Positions 1 to 9,017 of a DNA stretch of 64,000 nt are shown one piece after another. The stretch's first letter is position 1. Every line of letters begins with the position of its first letter. The stretch comes from Paludibacteraceae bacterium. Its GTDB lineage: Bacteria > Bacteroidota > Bacteroidia > Bacteroidales > Paludibacteraceae. A model generated the notes under the pieces. It made no database searches, was not told the origin of the DNA, and worked only from the letters and a program-made list of their open reading frames with translations. The DNA lies in assembly GCA_017401985.1 (NCBI GenBank), contig JAFPNK010000001.1, positions 1,861-65,860 on the forward strand, in the 5' to 3' direction. Position numbers and translations under genes: made by a program.

Positions 1-8
1 TACCTTTG
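1..8 (+). promoter_or_regulatory. Bacteroidota -7 box (TAccTTTG) at the window edge, upstream of sbcD; the -33 element lies outside the window
   Basis: The sequence starts with tacctttg, matching TAnnTTTG, 65 nt upstream of the sbcD ATG. Confidence 0.35.
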
Positions 9-72
9 CAAGCGAAAAATAGCATTATCCTAATAGAAACGTATTTGTAAACCTTTAAATTCAATACCTCTT

Positions 73-1227
73 ATGAAAATTCTACACACAAGTGACCTTC
101 ATTTGGGAAAACGAGTCAATGAAGAATCTATGCTCGATGACCAAAAATACATTTTGAGTCAAATTGAAGCTATTGTTCGGGAAGAAAAACCAGATGTAAT
201 TCTTATTGCAGGTGATGTTTATCAGACTTCGACTCCGGCGGCAGAAGCCGTTACGTTACTCAATGAGTTTGTGAATAATCTCCATACTTTATGCAAACAT
301 GTGTTCCTTATTTCCGGCAATCATGATAGTGCGGAACGTCTTTCGTTCGGCGCCGAAATCATGAGTCAAAATGGGGTACATTTCTCAAAAATGTTCAATC
401 GTGAACCGCAAAAAGTCTCCGTGTCTGATCAATTTGGAGCAGTAAATATCTATATGTTGCCATTCATCACCCCAATAGATGTTCGAGCGGTCTTTAAAGA
501 TGATTTGGAACAGACAGGCGAGCAAATAGATTCATATGATGCGGCGGTGAAGAAGGCAATTGATGCCATGCATCCGGATTACACACAGCGGAATATCTTG
601 GTAGCCCATCAATATATTAAAAATGGCGAACGGTGTGATGGAGAAGACTCTATAGGAGGAGTGGATGAAGTGGATGCAGCTATTGTTAAGGACTTCGATT
701 ACGTGGCATTAGGTCACCTGCACCGCTCGCAGTATATGCAATATCCGCATATCCGCTATTCAGGTTCACCCCTCAAATATTCATTCTCAGAGGTGAATAA
801 CAAAAAGGGTCTTACCATCATCGAGCTTAACGAAAAGGGTAATATAGTTATACGCGAACGCGAACTTATTCCTTTGCACGACTGGAAAGACTTGCGCGGA
901 ACATACGATGAGTTGATGTCTGAAAGTTTCTATAAGGGAAAAGGATATGAGAGCACATATGTGCGTATAACACTTACGGACGAGGATGATATAGTAGAAG
1001 CAGTAAAAAAACTACGCGGCGTGTATCCACTTCTCTTAGACTTGCAATATGACAACACGCGTACGCAGCACAATGCGGGTGCGGTATTTGCTGAAAATAT
1101 CAAAGAAAAGACGGATATGGAGTTGGTTAGTGAATTTTTCGAGAAACAAAACGGCCAACCAATGAATTCGGAACAAACGGAATTGGTAGATAAACTTATT
1201 AACGAAATAAATAAATCTATACTATGA
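73..1227 (+). CDS. sbcD: Exonuclease SbcCD, nuclease subunit SbcD (Mre11-like metallophosphoesterase)
   Basis: 384 aa. Calcineurin-like phosphoesterase motifs are present (ILHTSDLHLG, IAGDVY, SGNHD, ALGHLH). A 4-nt ATGA overlap links it to the downstream Rad50-like gene. Confidence 0.9.
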   Translation: MKILHTSDLHLGKRVNEESMLDDQKYILSQIEAIVREEKPDVILIAGDVYQTSTPAAEAVTLLNEFVNNLHTLCKHVFLISGNHDSAERLSFGAEIMSQNGVHFSKMFNREPQKVSVSDQFGAVNIYMLPFITPIDVRAVFKDDLEQTGEQIDSYDAAVKKAIDAMHPDYTQRNILVAHQYIKNGERCDGEDSIGGVDEVDAAIVKDFDYVALGHLHRSQYMQYPHIRYSGSPLKYSFSEVNNKKGLTIIELNEKGNIVIRERELIPLHDWKDLRGTYDELMSESFYKGKGYESTYVRITLTDEDDIVEAVKKLRGVYPLLLDLQYDNTRTQHNAGAVFAENIKEKTDMELVSEFFEKQNGQPMNSEQTELVDKLINEINKSIL

Positions 1228-3971
1228 GACCTATACAATTATCTTTGCAATATTTCGGTTCCTATACTGAAAAACAAACAATAGATTTTGATAAGCTTGG
1301 AACCAAAGGTTTATACCTGATTACGGGTGACACAGGTAGCGGAAAGACTACGCTTTTCGATGCTATTGTTTTTGCGCTCTATGGCGATATGAGTGGCGCA
1401 TATCGAAAGAGCAACGATATGCGGTGTTCGATGGCGGCAGAGACCGACAAAACGGAGGTAACGCTGATCTTTGAGTTAAAAGGCCGACAATACACCATAT
1501 GTAGATGGCTGGCATATATGGCCAACAAAGATCGAGGACAAGGCCTAACACAAAGACCTGCGGGTGCTAAGATGACAGGCTATGGAATCCCCGAAGAACA
1601 TCCTATTACCAATACAGCCGTTAAGAATAAAGTGGAAGAGATTCTCGGCATTACCTGTGCGCAGTTTTCGCAAATTGCTATGATTGCTCAAGGCGATTTT
1701 ATGAAACTGCTTATGACGGAAACAGATAAACGTATCGACCTGTTCCGAACAATCTTCCAAACAGAGAAATACAAGCAATTGCAGGAAAAGATAGTGGAAG
1801 AGTTTAAACAAGAGAATGGAAAATACGGAGCTGCCAAAGTCGCTATCAAATCCTATGTCCAAATGGCTCAATGCGCCGAAGATTCTCCACTGAACCCCCT
1901 ATTGACTCAAATGAAGGATGATAAGGACGGAAAAGTTTTTATACCAGTTGGTCAAATGATAGAGGTCATAGACCAAATAATGGCTGAGGATAAAACGCTT
2001 CTCGGTGAGTGGAATAGGAAAAAGCAAGAGCAAGATGAGATTGTAAGAGCGTGTGATACTAACTTAGGTGTTATAGCAAGTCACGACAACGCAGCAAAGG
2101 AATTGCCGCAAAAACAGCACCAACTCAATATCCTTCAAGAAACAGATCTCCCTGCTAAGAAAACGGCATTGAAGGAGGCAGAAAAAGCGAAAGATGATAT
2201 TACCAGGCTAAACAACGAGGCCGCACAGATAGAGGGTAGTTTGGGCGATTATGATGAATTAGTTAGACAACGCAAAAAGTTAGAAAATGCTGAGACTGTT
2301 TTGAAAGGCATCGAGGGTCCTGACGGCAGAAAGGCTAAAAATGAAGCTGGTTACAAAGATGTTGAGGAAACCAAGAAGAATCTTACCGCTGAATTTGAGC
2401 AAATAGGCAACCCGGAGGTTCAAAAGACAGAACTTGAGACTAAAAGACAGAATTTGGTGCGATACCAAACGGATTTGAAGGCGTTGGTGCAGAAACGGGG
2501 CTCGTTGATAAAAGAGCAAAATGAGTATCAACGTTTAAGTACCGAGGCATCCCATGAAGAGTCAGCCTTTACATCCAAGCGCGATTTGTTCTATGCTGCA
2601 CAAGCCGGTATCTTGGCTGAAACATTAGAGGAGGGGAAACCATGCCCTGTTTGTGGCGCTACTCATCACCCCTCAAAGGCTCAAAAAACTGCAGGCGCTC
2701 CCACAAAAGAGCAATTGGATGAATTGGAGAATACAGCAAAGACTGCACGGCAAAAAGCCAATGCGCAATCTGAAAACTGCGAAGGAATTCGACGTGCAAT
2801 CAAAGCTGAAGAAGATAGATTAGCAGAACTTGGATTGTCTGTTGATGCCGAAGAACTAAACCAACTTCCAACTAAAATCAACAAATTGCAAAATGATATC
2901 AACGAATTAGTTAAAAAGATTAATCGCAAAAATGCTATTCCTGATTTACTGGAACAAAACGACAAGCAACGTCAACAATTGGAAGCCGATAAAATTGCTA
3001 TTACTTCGGCTGAATCTGCAGCCATTGCAGACCGCGACGCAGCAGACAGGCAAATAAAGTTGTTGAGTGATAAATGTAAATTTAATGACAAGAATGCTGC
3101 GCTGCAAACCGCAAGGAATAGGCGAGAACAAGCTACGGCTCTGCAGAAAATAATAGACGATGCACAAAAAGCTTTGAATAATCTCAACTCAACTATTAAT
3201 GGAGTTCAGGAGGCAATAAATACCCTCCAAGACACATTAAAGAATGTAATAACGCTTAATAAAGATGATGAAGAAGCAAGGAAAAGTGCAGCTACAACCG
3301 AATTGAATACGAATATTACTCCGGCAATAAGGCAAATTGAGGGCAGAAACACCTCGAACGCCCGAGCTCTAAATCTCCTCAGGAACAAAAAAGAGGAAAT
3401 TGAGAAGATTGAAGAACGCTATTCCTGGTTGAAGACCCTAAGCGATACGGTAAACGGCGATCTCAATGGCAAAGCGAAAATCAAGTTGGAAACATATATA
3501 TTGGCCGTCTATTTCGAATGCGTTATCCAAAAAGCCAATTTACGACTGCTTAAGATGACGAATAATCAATTTGAGTTGCGACGCAAAAAAGAAGCAGATA
3601 GCAATGCGAAACAAAGTGGTCTTGATTTGGACGTAATCGACCATCATAGCGGAAAAATCCGTACGGTAAAAGGTCTCTCAGGTGGTGAATCGTTTATGGC
3701 GTCACTCTCCTTAGCGCTCGGACTTAGCGATGAGATTCAGTCTCGTGCTGGTGGCATCCATCTCGACACAATGTTTGTAGATGAGGGGTTCGGCTCGTTG
3801 GATGAAGATACACGTATTCAAGCGCGCAATACGCTGCAAAAGCTATCCCAGGAAGGAAACTTACTGATGGGCGTTATTTCACACGTTCCTGAACTGAAGG
3901 CCATCGAAAAACAGATTCAAGTAAAGAAGGATCGATCCGGAGCATCAACGGCAGCGGTGGTGCTATTATAA
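1224..3971 (+). CDS. sbcC: Exonuclease SbcCD, ATPase subunit SbcC (Rad50-like)
   Basis: 915 aa. It has Walker A (GDTGSGKTT), a long coiled-coil middle with a CPVCG zinc hook, and a C-terminal LSGGE signature followed by FVDEGFGSLD. Confidence 0.9.
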   Translation: MRPIQLSLQYFGSYTEKQTIDFDKLGTKGLYLITGDTGSGKTTLFDAIVFALYGDMSGAYRKSNDMRCSMAAETDKTEVTLIFELKGRQYTICRWLAYMANKDRGQGLTQRPAGAKMTGYGIPEEHPITNTAVKNKVEEILGITCAQFSQIAMIAQGDFMKLLMTETDKRIDLFRTIFQTEKYKQLQEKIVEEFKQENGKYGAAKVAIKSYVQMAQCAEDSPLNPLLTQMKDDKDGKVFIPVGQMIEVIDQIMAEDKTLLGEWNRKKQEQDEIVRACDTNLGVIASHDNAAKELPQKQHQLNILQETDLPAKKTALKEAEKAKDDITRLNNEAAQIEGSLGDYDELVRQRKKLENAETVLKGIEGPDGRKAKNEAGYKDVEETKKNLTAEFEQIGNPEVQKTELETKRQNLVRYQTDLKALVQKRGSLIKEQNEYQRLSTEASHEESAFTSKRDLFYAAQAGILAETLEEGKPCPVCGATHHPSKAQKTAGAPTKEQLDELENTAKTARQKANAQSENCEGIRRAIKAEEDRLAELGLSVDAEELNQLPTKINKLQNDINELVKKINRKNAIPDLLEQNDKQRQQLEADKIAITSAESAAIADRDAADRQIKLLSDKCKFNDKNAALQTARNRREQATALQKIIDDAQKALNNLNSTINGVQEAINTLQDTLKNVITLNKDDEEARKSAATTELNTNITPAIRQIEGRNTSNARALNLLRNKKEEIEKIEERYSWLKTLSDTVNGDLNGKAKIKLETYILAVYFECVIQKANLRLLKMTNNQFELRRKKEADSNAKQSGLDLDVIDHHSGKIRTVKGLSGGESFMASLSLALGLSDEIQSRAGGIHLDTMFVDEGFGSLDEDTRIQARNTLQKLSQEGNLLMGVISHVPELKAIEKQIQVKKDRSGASTAAVVLL

Positions 3972-3972
3972 G

Positions 3973-4590
3973 CTAATACAATTCGTATCTGCCGGTGGTT
4001 TCTGACGATAAAGAACCTATATGCCTGCATGTATTCAGTGCAAACACGTTAATGACTTTTGCAGGATTGCCGGCGGAGATAGTGTTGGCGGGGATGGAGT
4101 GGGTGACGACCGAGCCGGCACCTATAGTGCAGTTATCGCCGATGGTGACACCGGGAAGAATCGTGACATTACCGCCTATCCAGACGTTGTTTCCGATGGT
4201 GACAGGTTCAGCCCATTCTTTGCGTGTGGCGCGTTCGGCAGGGTCGGTGCTATGACAGGCCGTGTAGATATGTACGCCCGGGCCGATAAAACAATCATCA
4301 CCAATGGTGACAAAAGCTTCGTCTAAGACCGTCAAACCGAAGTTAGCGAAGAATCGTCTACCGACGCGGATATGACGCCCGTAATCGCAGAAAAACGGCT
4401 GATTAATGAACGTATCTTGATCTGCCTGGCCGAGCATTTGTTGCAGCATGGAATTTCGAGCGGCAAAATCCGTCGGGAGTAGGTTGTTGTACTGTTGGCA
4501 CAGCACTTTGACTGCATTGAGTTCTTTGAGCAGTTCCGCATCGCAGGCATCGTAGATCTCACCTGAGACCATTTTTTCGTATTCTGTCAT
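3973..4590 (-). CDS. maa: Maltose/galactoside O-acetyltransferase family protein (hexapeptide repeat)
   Basis: The N-terminus MTEYEKMVSGEIYDA is typical of Maa/LacA, and left-handed beta-helix hexapeptide repeats follow (IGDNCTIGAGSVV). I trimmed the ORF-track start by 33 codons to the ATG at 4590. Confidence 0.8.
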   Translation of the reverse strand: MTEYEKMVSGEIYDACDAELLKELNAVKVLCQQYNNLLPTDFAARNSMLQQMLGQADQDTFINQPFFCDYGRHIRVGRRFFANFGLTVLDEAFVTIGDDCFIGPGVHIYTACHSTDPAERATRKEWAEPVTIGNNVWIGGNVTILPGVTIGDNCTIGAGSVVTHSIPANTISAGNPAKVINVFALNTCRHIGSLSSETTGRYELY

Positions 4591-4714
4591 AAGAGGGGCT
4601 TTTGAATTCTGCTGCAAAGGTACGAATAATTTTTGGAATATGCAAATATTTTGGCCACAAAAAAGAGCACCCTCAAGGTGCTCCTTCACTCGTTAAACGT
4701 TAATTCATTAAACG

Positions 4715-5161
4715 TTATGAGATCGCAATCTGACGACTCGTCTTGCCTTCTTCGCGTTTGATCTTCGGCAGGTCAATCGTCAAGATACCGTCTTCGACCT
4801 TCGCGCTGATGGCTTGCTCATCGACATTGTCCGGTAGCGAGTACTTCTGTTCGAAGTTGGTGTAAGCAAACTCACGTCTCAGATAGTGCGTGTGCTTATC
4901 CTCTTCCTTGTGCTCGAACTTGTTCTCGATGGCAACGCACAGGTTGTGGTCTTCATCGACATGTACTCGGCAGTACTCTTTCTTAACACCCGGAGCAGCC
5001 AGTTCAACGGTGTAACTGTTAGCGGTCTCTTTGACGTTGACCGAAGGTGCCACATTGCTGGCCGTGTTCAGCATGTCATTGTTCAAAAACTCGTCGAATA
5101 CGGTGGGGAACCATCCGTTTGTCGGCAGCCAACTGTTTCTACGATACATTGCAGGTTTCAT
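4715..5161 (-). CDS. Hsp20/alpha-crystallin family small heat-shock protein
   Basis: 148 aa with an alpha-crystallin domain pattern (VNVKETANSYTVELAAPGVKKE ... AKVEDGILTIDLPK). Confidence 0.85.
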   Translation of the reverse strand: MKPAMYRRNSWLPTNGWFPTVFDEFLNNDMLNTASNVAPSVNVKETANSYTVELAAPGVKKEYCRVHVDEDHNLCVAIENKFEHKEEDKHTHYLRREFAYTNFEQKYSLPDNVDEQAISAKVEDGILTIDLPKIKREEGKTSRQIAIS

Positions 5162-5357
5162 AATTTAATCCTCCTAAATTAGTTAAACAATGTTTGTAGC
5201 GTTCAGTGCGTGGCTTGTACGCGTACTTTGCGTTTACACTTACGATGAGGCAAATTATGTGCCAGTCCGCAAAATGCTGCCAAATTGTCCACTTTCTGCC
5301 AAAAAGTCCATCTTTGATGACAAAATGACCTCATTTTGAGTCTTTCCTGTTAATTTT

Positions 5358-5389
5358 CTTGTGTATGTCAGATTTTTTTTGTACCTTTG
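5358..5389 (+). promoter_or_regulatory. Promoter: cTTG-N20-TAccTTTG
   Basis: cTTG lies at 5358-5361 and TAccTTTG at 5382-5389, with a 20-nt spacer. It sits 27 nt upstream of the ATG at 5416. Confidence 0.7.
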
Positions 5390-5404
5390 CGCAAATTTTG
5401 CGCA
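5388..5404. promoter_or_regulatory. Candidate operator: perfect 8-1-8 palindrome TGCGCAAA-T-TTTGCGCA overlapping the -7 box
   Basis: Read directly from the sequence. The same palindrome occupies the same position relative to the -7 box at 9816-9832. Confidence 0.5.
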
Positions 5405-5415
5405 AGAAGAAACAA

Positions 5416-5580
5416 ATGAAAGACTATCAATTGACATCGGACGGGCTGATAATAGATGACGTAAAGACAGCATTGGCTAATGATGGTCATATTGACCTGA
5501 ATCAGTTGGAATGGACGCACGACATCGAAGGCAATCCGAAGTTGCAACAAGCATATGAATTAGGAAAGAGTATAAAATGA
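5416..5580 (+). CDS. Small hypothetical protein (54 aa)
   Basis: The ORF starts at an internal ATG (MKDYQLTSDG...) directly downstream of a canonical promoter. The upstream part of the track ORF overlaps that promoter. I recognise no motif. Confidence 0.45.
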   Translation: MKDYQLTSDGLIIDDVKTALANDGHIDLNQLEWTHDIEGNPKLQQAYELGKSIK

Positions 5581-5597
5581 TCGAGCCGAAAGAATAG

Positions 5598-6212
5598 ATG
5601 TACATCCCTGTTGGTAATCATATTGAACTGGATCGCGAGTTGCGCAGCGTGCGCAAGGACGGACAAGAGGTTAAGCTGACCGGACTCGAATACGGTCTGC
5701 TGGCTTATCTGACGCAGCATGCCGACCGCATCTGCTCGCGCACAGAACTTCTGGAGAACGTGTGGGGCGAAGCCTTCCAATACGACACCGGCACGATTGA
5801 TGTGCATCTCAATGCTTTGCGCCGGAAGTTAGCCTTCAGCAAGACTGCGCCTATCGAGACGATTCGCGGCGTCGGTCTCATCTATCGCTCGCAACGGAGT
5901 GCCACGGCCTATACGATTGATTTGCAGAGCTTTGTCATCCGCTGGTTGCACAGCCACGAAGCGCAAATCAACGCGTGCGGACTCACTCCGTCTCTGCATC
6001 TCACACCTTTCGTCAACGAGATTACGATGCCGCCTCAAGTGTTGCAACAAATGCTAGATGCCAGCCTCGCTGCGTTACTATCCACCGCGAGTCCCGGCAT
6101 CCTACGTATCCACTCCAAACTCAACATGACGCACTTCATCTTCTCGCTGGACATCAACGGCACCGTGAGTGAGTTGCGCATCCCCATAAATAGGGATTTT
6201 GACGTGTCTTAA
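5598..6212 (+). CDS. OmpR/PhoB-type winged-helix DNA-binding protein without a receiver domain, with an unusual C-terminal extension
   Basis: The N-terminal ~100 aa match the trans_reg_C pattern (VKLTGLEYGLLAYL...SRTELLENVWG...TIDVHLNALRRKL...IETIRGVGLIY). No receiver domain precedes it. Confidence 0.75.
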   Translation: MYIPVGNHIELDRELRSVRKDGQEVKLTGLEYGLLAYLTQHADRICSRTELLENVWGEAFQYDTGTIDVHLNALRRKLAFSKTAPIETIRGVGLIYRSQRSATAYTIDLQSFVIRWLHSHEAQINACGLTPSLHLTPFVNEITMPPQVLQQMLDASLAALLSTASPGILRIHSKLNMTHFIFSLDINGTVSELRIPINRDFDVS

Positions 6213-6239
6213 GAAAACTTAAGAAAATCTTAAGAAAGG
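6208..6239 (+). repeat. Three tandem direct repeats CTTAAGAAA(A/G) with periods of 10 and 11 nt; a fourth TTAAG lies at 6251-6255
   Basis: The sequence reads cttaagaaaa cttaagaaaat cttaagaaagg. It starts inside the stop codon of the wHTH gene and ends just before the receptor promoter -7 box. Confidence 0.8.
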
Positions 6240-6255
6240 TTTGCACAATTTTAAG

Positions 6256-6263
6256 TACCTTTG
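6256..6263 (+). promoter_or_regulatory. -7 box TAccTTTG of the TonB-dependent receptor promoter, with no canonical -33 at 20-nt spacing
   Basis: tacctttg lies 18 nt upstream of the ATG at 6281. The only nearby TTTG (6240-6243) is 12 nt away. Confidence 0.55.
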
Positions 6264-6280
6264 CACTCAAATTTAAATCT

Positions 6281-8554
6281 ATGCGTGCAAAGGTATTATT
6301 TATATTAGCGGTGATTGCTTACTGGTTACCTGTTATGGGAGAGGGAGCAGAGGTTTCCTCTTTTGGGGTATGGAGTGACACCGTTGCCCTGCCGGATGTG
6401 GAAGTATCCGCTTCACGCATAGGAACAGCTATCAGCAGTCAGCCATCAGCTATCAGCATTTTGGATAACCGTCTGTTGAATGAGACGCAGGCTGTCACAC
6501 CCAAGGACGTGAGCCAGCTGATACCGAATGTTTATATGCCTGATTACGGCTCAGCGATGACCAGCAGTATTTATATCCGCGGGCTTGGCAGTCGTATCAA
6601 CGAACCGGTGATGGCGATGGTTATAGACGGAGTGCCGTTGCTGGACAAAAACATGTACGACCATACCATGCAAGACATCAAACGCATCGAGTTGTTGCGT
6701 GGTCCTCAAGGCAGTCTCTATGGTCGCAACTCACCTGCCGGGGTGATGGAGATAAGAACCATCCAACCTTTGGACTTGACAACTTGGTCTGTGCACGGAC
6801 TGGTCAGTTACGCCACAGCTAATAGCGTACAAGCGCAAGCGTCTTACTACCAACCGTATAAAACCGATTTCGGATGGGGCATTGCGGTGCGATATAGACG
6901 CACGGACGGTTTCTTCCGCAATGCCTATTCGGGTGGACTGATGGATGGCGGGCAACAAGCAGGTGGTCGTGTTGTATTAGACGGCAAGCCCTCGGACGAA
7001 TGGCGCGTAACGGGGACCGTCTATGGCGACTGGGTGCGTCAGGGTGCCTTCCCTTATGCCTCAGTGGCAACAGGAACGATTGCGTATAACCGTCCCGGTA
7101 GTTACGAACGTTTAGCGCTGATTCCGTCCCTTCGAGCAGAATTCAACAGCGAGGGCTGGCGTTTGCAATTGGCTACCAGTTATCAGTTTCTACGCGATGA
7201 GATGCAGATGGATCAGGACTACACCACTGCGGACATTTTCACGCTTCGTCAGATGCAACGCCAGCATAATGGTACGCTGGACGCACTACTGCACGCGCCC
7301 AAGCCTTGCGAGTGGTATGAGTGGATACTTGGCATGAGCAGTTTCGTCAAGACCAACGCCATGCAAGCGCCCGTGACTTTCATGCGCGAAGGCATTGACG
7401 AAATAATCTTAGGTAACGCTAACCGAGGTATTCAAACGGTCTTTCCCGACGATTCGATAGAAATCAGCAATCAGCAATTACCCATTCCAAGTACCTTTTC
7501 GCTGCTCAATGCCGGTGTGGCCGTTTATCATCAGAGCCATTTTCATTTCGGAAACTGGCATATCAACGCAGGCCTACGCATCGACTATGAGCATACGCGC
7601 ATGGATTATCTCAGTACCGCCGATGTGAACTATCGATTCACGATGATCATGTCCGATTTTGAGACCGTATACACCCGTATACAAGGTACACAAGCGGCGA
7701 ACTACATTCAGGTGTTGCCACGCCTTGCCGTTTCTTATGATGCTTCATGGGGAACTGTCTATGGCTATGCCGCCAAAGGATACAAAGCCGGAGGATATAA
7801 CCCGCAGATATTCAGCACCATTACACAAAACCAAGTGATGACCGATATGGCGGCTGATATGGGCATGCACCTCGATATGGCAGACCCTCATTTCTCCGAT
7901 GTAGCCATCACCTCCTACAAACCGGAAAAAGACTGGACGTTTGAGATCGGAGCACACTTCACGCCGGTAGAGGGACTGAAGATAGATGTGGACGCCTTTC
8001 ATATCCAGTGCTTCGACCAACAAGTCACCATCTTTCCGAACGGCAAGACCACCGGTCGTATGATGGCGAACGCGGCACGCTCCCGTGTATGGGGTGCAGA
8101 AATGGCACTTCATTACCGCTGGCAGCAAGGTAACTGGCAAGGAATGCTCGATGCCTCTTATGGCTTTACGGATGCACGCTTCATTGATTTCAACGATGGC
8201 ATGGGTGATTACTCAGGGAACTTCATCCCTTATGCTCCCCAGCATACTGCGCATGTTTTAGTACAGGCGGGTTATCGCGTAGGACGCAAATGGCTGCAGT
8301 CACTTTCATTCTCTGCACGTTCAAACATGATAGGCCCTGTCTATTGGAACGAACAGAACGACTGCCGTCAGGCACCATATTTCTTGCTAGGCGCCAACGT
8401 AACGCTGGAGTGGAAATATGCCCAATTGGAACTATGGGGAAGAAACTTGACCGACACGCATTACAATGTGTTCTATTTCCGCTCGATGGGAAACGATTTC
8501 CTACAACGCGGCAAACCGCGGGAGTTAGGGGCTACTATACGATTTGAAATATAA
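6281..8554 (+). CDS. TonB-dependent outer-membrane receptor
   Basis: 757 aa with a signal peptide. The plug region reads IYIRGLGSRINEPVMAMVIDGVPL ... IELLRGPQGSLYG, followed by a long beta-barrel ending in a terminal aromatic-rich strand (ELGATIRFEI). Confidence 0.9.
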   Translation: MRAKVLFILAVIAYWLPVMGEGAEVSSFGVWSDTVALPDVEVSASRIGTAISSQPSAISILDNRLLNETQAVTPKDVSQLIPNVYMPDYGSAMTSSIYIRGLGSRINEPVMAMVIDGVPLLDKNMYDHTMQDIKRIELLRGPQGSLYGRNSPAGVMEIRTIQPLDLTTWSVHGLVSYATANSVQAQASYYQPYKTDFGWGIAVRYRRTDGFFRNAYSGGLMDGGQQAGGRVVLDGKPSDEWRVTGTVYGDWVRQGAFPYASVATGTIAYNRPGSYERLALIPSLRAEFNSEGWRLQLATSYQFLRDEMQMDQDYTTADIFTLRQMQRQHNGTLDALLHAPKPCEWYEWILGMSSFVKTNAMQAPVTFMREGIDEIILGNANRGIQTVFPDDSIEISNQQLPIPSTFSLLNAGVAVYHQSHFHFGNWHINAGLRIDYEHTRMDYLSTADVNYRFTMIMSDFETVYTRIQGTQAANYIQVLPRLAVSYDASWGTVYGYAAKGYKAGGYNPQIFSTITQNQVMTDMAADMGMHLDMADPHFSDVAITSYKPEKDWTFEIGAHFTPVEGLKIDVDAFHIQCFDQQVTIFPNGKTTGRMMANAARSRVWGAEMALHYRWQQGNWQGMLDASYGFTDARFIDFNDGMGDYSGNFIPYAPQHTAHVLVQAGYRVGRKWLQSLSFSARSNMIGPVYWNEQNDCRQAPYFLLGANVTLEWKYAQLELWGRNLTDTHYNVFYFRSMGNDFLQRGKPRELGATIRFEI

Positions 8555-8564
8555 TAGATTAGAT

Positions 8565-9014
8565 ATGAAAAAGATTTTTACATTTATTCTTTTGGCGGGA
8601 ATGCTGACTGCCTGCCATATAGGTTCTGAAGAACCGGAGATACAGGAAAACGAAAAGTCCTACGTAGCTTACGGCTTATTAACCATCCCTTCGTCTGGTT
8701 TTACCAAAGAGGATGTACGTACACAGATCGTACTGGTGAATGATCACCAACTGGACATTTATATGTATGACGTCAAGTTCGCTGCTTTGATGCCGGTAAC
8801 AATTGACATGGTCATTAGTAGTGTCAGTTATACGAAGAATGCCGGCGGGATACATTTTTACGGAGACAGTATTATCCCTACCGCAGGCAACAAACCCTAC
8901 GATAAATATATCGTCACAGACCTGAATGGCACTATAACTGCCGACTCGCTATGTCTGTCCAATAACTACGGCGATACGCCAAGCGTCTATGCCGGCAAAC
9001 TGGTTGAAGAGTAA
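8565..9014 (+). CDS. Lipoprotein, possibly a calycin-like beta-barrel, receptor-associated
   Basis: Lipobox MKKIFTFILLAGMLTAC. I trimmed the start to the ATG at 8565. It abuts the receptor gene. The fold assignment is only a guess. Confidence 0.6.
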   Translation: MKKIFTFILLAGMLTACHIGSEEPEIQENEKSYVAYGLLTIPSSGFTKEDVRTQIVLVNDHQLDIYMYDVKFAALMPVTIDMVISSVSYTKNAGGIHFYGDSIIPTAGNKPYDKYIVTDLNGTITADSLCLSNNYGDTPSVYAGKLVEE

Positions 9015-9017
9015 ATC

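Noticed and set aside
73-3971. The AT-rich SbcD/SbcC pair, considered as a possible SMC-type defence module (Lamassu/Wadjet-like)
   Set aside because: The architecture is the ordinary Mre11/Rad50-type SbcCD: a phosphoesterase subunit plus an ATPase with a CPVCG zinc hook. There are no extra effector or kleisin-like genes. I treat it as housekeeping DNA repair.
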